DNA of 64,000 nt, from positions 20,286-84,285 of the IMG/VR virus record IMGVR_UViG_3300047287_000420; one strand, given 5' to 3'. This document shows, piece after piece, positions 57,901 to 64,000 of the stretch; position 1 is the stretch's first letter; the number at the start of each line of letters is the position of its first letter. The notes under the pieces are model-generated. The model was not told the DNA's origin. It did no database searches and was given only the letters and a program-made list of their open reading frames with translations. The stretch comes from a virus. The position numbers and the translations under genes were made by a program.

Positions 57901-58704
57901 TTAGATTTTAGTGCCGGGGCTGAATGTGCGCACCATATTACGCACACCTTCACCAAGCACACCATATACAGATCCGTAATTCGGAGCGTAACGCAACGAT
58001 TTACCTCTGTAACTATTACGAGCCGGCGAACCCATCTGGCCAGGGACGCCCGTATACCTTGTTTCGGTAAGGGACTGGCAGTAGACGGGATAGTGATAAA
58101 CCCAGGCAGCACGAGACCCGGAGGTGTCGTTCGTGGGGTTTGTCAGAGTAGGTGACTGATTTGTGGGATGGGTAACCCCACCACCGGTGATGCCACCGCC
58201 ATCAATCGTGTTGTCGTTTGAGCTAGGTGTCTGGAACGGGCTATAAAGCTGGTTGTCCGGTATCTGTTCGCCGTACCAAGTGTGCGTGCCAAAGTTCCTG
58301 AGACCTGGCCGTGGCCCGAAAGCAGTTTGAACAGTCGCGTTAGCAGTGCTGTATAGACCTTGTGCTCTGAAACCAACGTAAGTATCTAAAAGCCCAGAAG
58401 CGTGAGGAAGCGTATTTTCGTAGTTTGTCCAATAACCAGATACGGCAGGCGGAACGGCTCTCCACTCAGTAGTGAAGTAACCGCTCAAGTTCGGAGGACC
58501 TACAGGAATACGCCCAAAGTCGGCTCCCTGATCATCAACTCCGTACCAAGTCTGAGTGAAACCTAGAGGCGTAACATATCCACTAGATACAACCAGATAA
58601 GTATCGGTTAAATCAAGATTATCACCCGTACGTTGCGGACCAGATTGAATAGGGTGGTACAGATTTTTGTCGTACTTCCAATTCGTCTGCGGCGTATACA
58701 CCAT
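57901..58704 (-). CDS. putative virion protein
   Basis: Tyr/Gly/Thr/Pro-rich ORF between scaffold and MCP; three SGY motifs. Confidence 0.65.
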   Translation of the reverse strand: MVYTPQTNWKYDKNLYHPIQSGPQRTGDNLDLTDTYLVVSSGYVTPLGFTQTWYGVDDQGADFGRIPVGPPNLSGYFTTEWRAVPPAVSGYWTNYENTLPHASGLLDTYVGFRAQGLYSTANATVQTAFGPRPGLRNFGTHTWYGEQIPDNQLYSPFQTPSSNDNTIDGGGITGGGVTHPTNQSPTLTNPTNDTSGSRAAWVYHYPVYCQSLTETRYTGVPGQMGSPARNSYRGKSLRYAPNYGSVYGVLGEGVRNMVRTFSPGTKI

Positions 58705-58768
58705 GATGACACTCCGAATAATTTAATTTTACTTGGTCTAAAATATTTAAGAGCTTTTAACAGGGCGA

Positions 58769-59107
58769 ATGTCCTCGCAGATAGAGAGAGCCCTGACGAT
58801 GTTTTTTGAGGATCCTGAAGCTTCTATAGCCTGTTTCTCAGGATCAATTACAGAAAGTTTGACGCACCCACGCGGAATTAAAAAAGTAATTCCTTACTTA
58901 ATCAAAGCTTCCATCGTCGGCTGGATGCTCGCTACGTTTGTAAGTCCAGCAATCGAGGAGCGATTCAAACTAACGAAGAACGAGTCAATCGCTACTTCTT
59001 TCATAATTGGATACGCCGGCATTCGGATACTGGCCGCTGCCGAACGTCTCGCAGAGAAAGAATTAGAAAGACGCGTAGGTACTAATAAAGACGACGAGAT
59101 CAGCTAA
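58769..59107 (+). CDS. holin-like membrane protein
   Basis: Hydrophobic helices (ASIVGWMLATFV; SFIIGYAGIRIL) and charged C-terminus. Confidence 0.65.
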   Translation: MSSQIERALTMFFEDPEASIACFSGSITESLTHPRGIKKVIPYLIKASIVGWMLATFVSPAIEERFKLTKNESIATSFIIGYAGIRILAAAERLAEKELERRVGTNKDDEIS

Positions 59108-59269
59108 TAACTATTGATTCATCAAAAATTTCAGACTTTTCAGCGGCAGGTGCGGATTCTTGCTCGACCGGCGTGGAAACTTCTTCTTTCTTTTGCTCGA
59201 CAGGAGTTTTCCGGCGGCGATCTGTAAGCGTATGCACGGCAGTAAACCTTTTGTTTAAAGAATAGCAAG

Positions 59270-59295
59270 AAAAAAGCCCTCATTTCTGAGGGCTT
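59270..59295 (-). terminator. terminator after the scaffold gene
   Basis: AAGCCCTCA-TTTC-TGAGGGCTT with an adjacent A-run. Confidence 0.8.
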
Positions 59296-59321
59296 ATCAA
59301 GACCTTGGCTTTCTCAGTCTA

Positions 59322-60245
59322 TCAAGCAGGATCCATGAAGAGGAGCTTGCTGCGAAGTGCTTCAGGACCCATTTGGCTCAGGTAACGCCAAGCGTTCTCA
59401 GGGCTGCGGTTCATGACTTCGCTGAACTGATTCCACTGTTGCTCAGGCTGTGTACCAGCAGTGGAACCGCCGGCACCTGCAGGAGGAGCGGGCATGTCAT
59501 AGCGGGGTTGATAAGCCTCAGCTTGCTGGTAACCGTAGGAGTTATCACCGTCGATATCCACGGGGACAACTTCAGTGAAATAACGATCAGTGTAGTTAGC
59601 CAGGTGATCAGGATCAGTCAGGATGGTTTGCATCGCATCGTGGCGAGCAGTAAGAACATCCAGCTGCTGAGCCTGCTCTACCAGGAGATCCTCAAGAGAA
59701 CAAGCGTACTGATTGAGGATGCCAGGAGCTTCGATACCGAAGTGACTAACGACCTCGGCGGTTACGGGGCTTACGCTCGTTTGCGGGGCCGTAGAAGTTT
59801 GCGAGGAAGTTTGGGTCGGAGAGGCGCTGGTAGGCCAGGTCTGCGCTGCCTGCTGTTCCTGGTAAGCCCAGGGTTGGGCCTGTAAATTCTGACTGCTCAG
59901 TTGAGTAGCCAGTTGCTGAGTTGCCTGGTAAGGCGACTGTTGAACCTGGCTGGGGGACTGAGAGTTCACCTGCGATAGCACCCGCTCCAGGGTACCCATC
60001 GCCGCTTCCCAGGGATTGCTGGGGGAGGATTGCGACGTTAACTGGTTGTACTGGCTGTTGATAGAAGGGTCCGTAGCCGGTGCCACCTGCGACGGCGGTT
60101 GGGCTGTAGGAACCGAAGCTACCGCCGGGGTAGAGGTTTGCGCCACCCACTGCGGGTAGGCGGTTGAGCCCTGGTCCGAAGTTACCGCCGGGGCTACCGC
60201 CGGGGAGACCGGGCTCGGGATCGAAGCTTGGATCTGCTGGCTCAT
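59322..60245 (-). CDS. putative capsid scaffolding protein
   Basis: Q/P/S-rich N-terminus, coiled-coil middle, helical C-terminus; located between portal and MCP. Confidence 0.7.
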   Translation of the reverse strand: MSQQIQASIPSPVSPAVAPAVTSDQGSTAYPQWVAQTSTPAVASVPTAQPPSQVAPATDPSINSQYNQLTSQSSPSNPWEAAMGTLERVLSQVNSQSPSQVQQSPYQATQQLATQLSSQNLQAQPWAYQEQQAAQTWPTSASPTQTSSQTSTAPQTSVSPVTAEVVSHFGIEAPGILNQYACSLEDLLVEQAQQLDVLTARHDAMQTILTDPDHLANYTDRYFTEVVPVDIDGDNSYGYQQAEAYQPRYDMPAPPAGAGGSTAGTQPEQQWNQFSEVMNRSPENAWRYLSQMGPEALRSKLLFMDPA

Positions 60246-61971
60246 AGCTACCCGAGTAAGTTAGTTCTTCCGCGAGGTGGTCGAATGTCCTGTAAAGGAG
60301 CGGAGTTATGTTCAGTCTAGGATCAGCCGCAAGTGGCTGATTAGGCGCAAGTGGATGCGGCGACTGCAACATCTGGCTTAATAATACCAGAAATTGTTGC
60401 ATTGCTGATTGTGTCTGTTGCACCATGCGGAAGGGGAAACCCTTCAACATTTCAGCTCGCTCAGAGTCAGTTTTCTCAGGAAAAAGGAATTTAAGAGCTT
60501 CGATGCTGTCCACACCAAGCTCTTGTAAGTTACGTACAACGATGGACTTCTGGTTTATATCGTAAGCGGTATCTTCATAGACATCGCCCTGATATCGGTA
60601 CGTAACAGTCCGATCCCCGTCTTCAGGAAGCCCGATAACTCCGGGCGGAACCTTATTTTCCTGGAGAGCTAACTGAATAGTCTGAGTAACTTTCGCCTCA
60701 AACTTAGCTAACGCGTTTTGATATTTCTCAATATTTTCTTCGGTTTGTTCCTTAGGCGGCTTGGGCTCTTTTAAGCCAGCAGCTGCAATAAAGGACTCAC
60801 GGAAAATAACTTCCTGGTGATAGATCATCATCTCTAAGAGACGATTGAATCCATACGTAAGGAAACTTTTGTTCTTCCGAAGAGCCGTGGCTTGAGCCCG
60901 ACCCATCAAGCCTTTAATTTCCGTGGCGGTAGCACCAGCAGAAATCGAAATTTCATCCACACCGCCTAAGGCTGTGCGGATTTCTTCGCGTAAAAGAAGG
61001 GCGTACCGGTTCATATCCCCGTTAACGGGGTCCGGCGTCATGTAACCGACTCGGTCAGACGGCTCAACGTTGGCAATAATGCGCGGAACACGCAAACCAC
61101 CGCCCATGCTCGAGCCAAAAGGCTCACTTACTCGAGTCGAGGGGCTGTCGACACCAGCAAAACCACTCTGACTGCTGATTGTGGGCCGGAAAGTGCTCTG
61201 AGCATCGCTAGCTTCGACCAGATCACTCCGTGGACGCGAACTAATCAGCGTTGGGTTGCCAAAAAACTCAATATTTTTGGCGATATTGCGCGTCAGCTCG
61301 TCATGTAAGCAAATTTGCTCCATAAAAGGGTCAAATTCGCCTTCACCTTCGGTACCACTGGCGTTCGGCTTGTTTAAAACCTCAACAGCGGGAATAAAAC
61401 CGAGCGTATTGGGTCTTTTTTTGGCTGGAGTAAGAACAGCACCGGGCTCTAGATCGAAACTCAGTTCGGTGTCGGTCTCAACCTCACTAATTTCATCCGC
61501 AGTAATAGTCAAGCGCACGTAGCGCTTGTTCTGTCCGTAAGAATTACTAGGTAAACCTAAGTTTGCATTCTTTACCTTATAGCTATAGACGATAATGACT
61601 TCTTCTACGTTACCGTTAACGTCATGATACACACGATATTGATTTTTATTAAAGAAATAAATCTGATATTTAAGCTTTGGATCTGGACGGAAGTAGAAAA
61701 GACCGCAACCGTCGATTAAAAAGTTGCGAATAATCGCAGGAAAACGAATATCTAACTTATTTAAAGCAATTATGTCTTCTAAAAATCGTGTACGACTTTT
61801 AAAAGTATCTTGATCACAATAAAAAGCCAGACCCTTCTTAATCATCAGAAGAGTCATTTGCTGAAGATGGCTTAAGACAACCATCGTCGAAGCTTGATTG
61901 CTTCGATCCTGAGTGCGCGAGGCCTCTAAGATTTCAGTAAATCTTTTTCGTGTTTCGGTCGAGCTGGCCAT
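59746..61971 (-). CDS. portal protein with overprinted C-terminal extension
   Basis: NTLGFIPAVEVLN, G.GEF, IEFFGNP and SAGATATEIK portal-type motifs. Confidence 0.8.
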   Translation of the reverse strand: MASSTETRKRFTEILEASRTQDRSNQASTMVVLSHLQQMTLLMIKKGLAFYCDQDTFKSRTRFLEDIIALNKLDIRFPAIIRNFLIDGCGLFYFRPDPKLKYQIYFFNKNQYRVYHDVNGNVEEVIIVYSYKVKNANLGLPSNSYGQNKRYVRLTITADEISEVETDTELSFDLEPGAVLTPAKKRPNTLGFIPAVEVLNKPNASGTEGEGEFDPFMEQICLHDELTRNIAKNIEFFGNPTLISSRPRSDLVEASDAQSTFRPTISSQSGFAGVDSPSTRVSEPFGSSMGGGLRVPRIIANVEPSDRVGYMTPDPVNGDMNRYALLLREEIRTALGGVDEISISAGATATEIKGLMGRAQATALRKNKSFLTYGFNRLLEMMIYHQEVIFRESFIAAAGLKEPKPPKEQTEENIEKYQNALAKFEAKVTQTIQLALQENKVPPGVIGLPEDGDRTVTYRYQGDVYEDTAYDINQKSIVVRNLQELGVDSIEALKFLFPEKTDSERAEMLKGFPFRMVQQTQSAMQQFLVLLSQMLQSPHPLAPNQPLAADPRLNITPLLYRTFDHLAEELTYSGSYEPADPSFDPEPGLPGGSPGGNFGPGLNRLPAVGGANLYPGGSFGSYSPTAVAGGTGYGPFYQQPVQPVNVAILPQQSLGSGDGYPGAGAIAGELSVPQPGSTVALPGNSATGYSTEQSEFTGPTLGLPGTAGSADLAYQRLSDPNFLANFYGPANERKPRNRRGR

Positions 61972-62151
61972 TTATACGCACGAATGAGGAGACCCAAAAA
62001 GGATCAGTTACGGAAAGTGCTTTCCTTAGCTTTACGAGCTTTAGCCACGGCTCGCTTACGCGTGGCAGAAGAACCAGAAATTTCTTGACCACTAGGAGCT
62101 TTTTTGGCCTCCCGGTCGGCTGCGAACTTCTTCAGAAGCTCCGCAGGCATA

Positions 62152-62967
62152 TTATTCGCCATCTGGGAGAAGGTACTTTTTGACTCTTTCCAGTTTAACC
62201 GCTTCCTCGGGTAAATCTCCGATGGAATAATAGGTAATCAAATGATCCTCACGACCCAACATATCTGTACTGCCTTCATTAGGTTCAAACTCATCGCACA
62301 TTTTCTGAACTTCTGGCTTATCCCAGATGTAATATTCAGCTATAGAGCGCAATTTTGTACGACGCTTATCTGAATCTCCCATCCAGCTCAGGTGCCAACC
62401 TGCGTCACGCGTACCAAAATACAAATTATCTTGGCTGGCACGCATAGAAGACAAAGTGCCTAGCTCTTTTAACTGCTTAACAGTACTCACAACGCCACAG
62501 CGCCAGTCAAATAACTCTCCCTCGGGAGACACAAGCTGTCGATCTGCGCGTCCATAGTGCATCGACATGCTCAGTCGCACTATTTTATCCGTGTTATTTC
62601 GTACAGTTTCCAGTAATTTTGGGAATCGCTTGGGGTTAGCTATCTCGTCGCAGTCAGAGCAAATAAAAACTGTGTCGTCAGGCATCATGTGAAGCCCGAC
62701 GCCTAAAGCATCTCGTTGACCTCGTTCGCGAATCCAAGGATCTGGAGCCTCCTCATACGACGGAAGCTCAACGTGAAGAACCTGAATCTTGTCCTCGTTA
62801 AGACCGAGTTCGCGGATGGTGTCTAAACACGTAAAAGGTTTTTCCTCGCCACGATGCGTTCGATTTGCATCGGTAATTAAAAAACCGTCAACATGATCCT
62901 CTAGTGTCTTGATGCGTAACTCAAGAATTTCCCGCTCGTTAAAGTACGGAAACGCGTCGATGAGCAC
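62152..62967 (-). CDS. glycosyltransferase family 17-like (GlcNAc-transferase III-like)
   Basis: IDAF.YFNE..ILELR, THRGEEKP, W.RE.GQRD, SDCDEI (DxD), GWHLSW. Confidence 0.88.
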   Translation of the reverse strand: MLIDAFPYFNEREILELRIKTLEDHVDGFLITDANRTHRGEEKPFTCLDTIRELGLNEDKIQVLHVELPSYEEAPDPWIRERGQRDALGVGLHMMPDDTVFICSDCDEIANPKRFPKLLETVRNNTDKIVRLSMSMHYGRADRQLVSPEGELFDWRCGVVSTVKQLKELGTLSSMRASQDNLYFGTRDAGWHLSWMGDSDKRRTKLRSIAEYYIWDKPEVQKMCDEFEPNEGSTDMLGREDHLITYYSIGDLPEEAVKLERVKKYLLPDGE

Positions 62968-62997
62968 TAGAGTCTAATGAGCTAGCAATATGGTAGC

Positions 62998-63291
62998 TCA
63001 ATCTCGTTCTTGCAGGTACTTTGCGACTTTGTGTTTAGCCCGCATTAACGAGCTGCCGTTATTTTGCTCCAGAATGCTCCCACCGTCAGGCTCCATTCCG
63101 GTGTACTGATCGTTGGGAGGAGCAGGTGCTTCCGGCGCGGGCGAGTAGTTGTAATCAGTCTCCTCATCATTCAAGATTTGAGCAAATGCGCTCGAGGAGG
63201 GTGCGTTTGCTTGCCGCTGTGCATCAGCAGCTTGCATGTTCATTTGGTATGCCTTAGCAAAACCAAAACCAGCTCTTGCGTAAGGATCCAT
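62998..63291 (-). CDS. hypothetical protein
   Basis: TAATG-coupled to the upstream gene. Confidence 0.65.
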   Translation of the reverse strand: MDPYARAGFGFAKAYQMNMQAADAQRQANAPSSSAFAQILNDEETDYNYSPAPEAPAPPNDQYTGMEPDGGSILEQNNGSSLMRAKHKVAKYLQERD

Positions 63292-63575
63292 TAGTAAAGA
63301 ACGAAAACGCCTTGAACACTACCGCTAATCATAGCAGTACAAGCAATAGGTATTAAAGTATTACCTTCTAAGTTAACCGCAGTAGACTGCTGTCCAGGAG
63401 CATCAGATAGTTCAACAGTCAAATAATCTTTAGAGTTTTGGGATTTGGCTTCGATAAAGATAGCCCGACAAGTGGCAAAGTTTTTCCGACCTAAAGCTGG
63501 TGCCCAACCAAATCCACTCGCATAAGGCAAAGCAGCAGACTGGCTGTATACAGATCCGAAAGCGCGGATATCCAT
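63291..63575 (-). CDS. putative small virion beta protein
   Basis: 94-aa beta-rich ORF ending VFVLY. Confidence 0.6.
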   Translation of the reverse strand: MDIRAFGSVYSQSAALPYASGFGWAPALGRKNFATCRAIFIEAKSQNSKDYLTVELSDAPGQQSTAVNLEGNTLIPIACTAMISGSVQGVFVLY

Positions 63576-63599
63576 TCGAAAAGATGATTTTGTTCTAGT

Positions 63600-63890
63600 T
63601 TAACGCGGCTCCTGGTTTTTCTCTAAGTAACCAATCAACCTATCTAAATACCACCGGGCTTTTTTCAGGTCTTCTAAACCGTTTTTATGTCGCTCGCGAG
63701 AGACATACTTCAGTACGTTTAACTTATAACCACCTCGTATCTCTTCATCTGTCAGACACGACTCCATGTAGTCGATGGTCTCGATAGTTCCGTGGGTGTA
63801 GTGATGAGGGTGGTTAACGGGATCAGGAGTGGGGCCCACGGTTGAAAGCTGTGGGCCTCCTTCCAGATTCTCGAAACTGCTTAACTGCAT
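63600..63890 (-). CDS. DUF3310-family protein
   Basis: DPVNHPHHYT.G.IETID, KYVSR..HKNGLEDLKKARWYL. Confidence 0.88.
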   Translation of the reverse strand: MQLSSFENLEGGPQLSTVGPTPDPVNHPHHYTHGTIETIDYMESCLTDEEIRGGYKLNVLKYVSRERHKNGLEDLKKARWYLDRLIGYLEKNQEPR

Positions 63891-63949
63891 TCTTGGGTTA
63901 GACCTGGAGATACAGCAGTTTACGGTGCGTTATCGGTAGAAGTCGATTA

Positions 63950-64000
63950 CTACTTCCGGCCGCCGCCACGGTTGCCGCCACCGCCGCCGCCGCCACCGCC
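63950..64000 (-). CDS. C-terminus of a Gly-rich protein truncated by the window edge
   Basis: - strand reads GGGGGGGGNRGGGRK*. Confidence 0.5.
   Translation of the reverse strand, partial: GGGGGGGGGNRGGGRK

Noticed and set aside
1-64000. Alternative genetic code, introns/inteins or a diversity-generating retroelement
   Set aside because: Core genes are intact under the standard code with normal lengths; no reverse transcriptase or template/variable repeat pair seen

Overview
This window is a 64-kb segment of a tailed dsDNA bacteriophage, most likely a lytic cyanophage. The host inference rests on two NblA-like genes, thyX, Dps and small ORF types typical of cyanophages. Layout: (1) 0.5-8.6 kb, + strand, densely packed small early genes including a secreted cell-wall module (RlpA/DPBB, SH3, L,D-transpeptidase) and dCTP deaminase. 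(2) 8.7-14.7 kb, a sigma70-type promoter driving an operon with a RavA/MoxR AAA+ ATPase and a ViaA-like VWA protein. (3) 14.7-26.3 kb, replication: family A DNA polymerase, SSB, PD-(D/E)XK nuclease and primase-SF3 helicase. (4) 26.3-64 kb, mostly - strand late genes: thyX, HNH nucleases, GH24+C39 endolysin, holin-like genes, tail fibres, collagen-like proteins, two glycosyltransferases, candidate ejection proteins, major capsid, scaffold and portal. I saw no terminase, integrase, tape measure, tRNA or CRISPR array. The best candidate for a new system is phage-encoded virion glycosylation: GT4-like and GT17-like transferases sit among fibre and decoration proteins that are asymmetrically enriched in Ser-Gly motifs and Gly-X-Thr collagen repeats. 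Other signals include pairs of apparently catalytically dead methyltransferases and HNH-HTH proteins, two nblA-like paralogs, a 500-bp portal/scaffold overprint and -10-only promoters before many late genes. All calls come from reading motifs by eye; no database searches were run.
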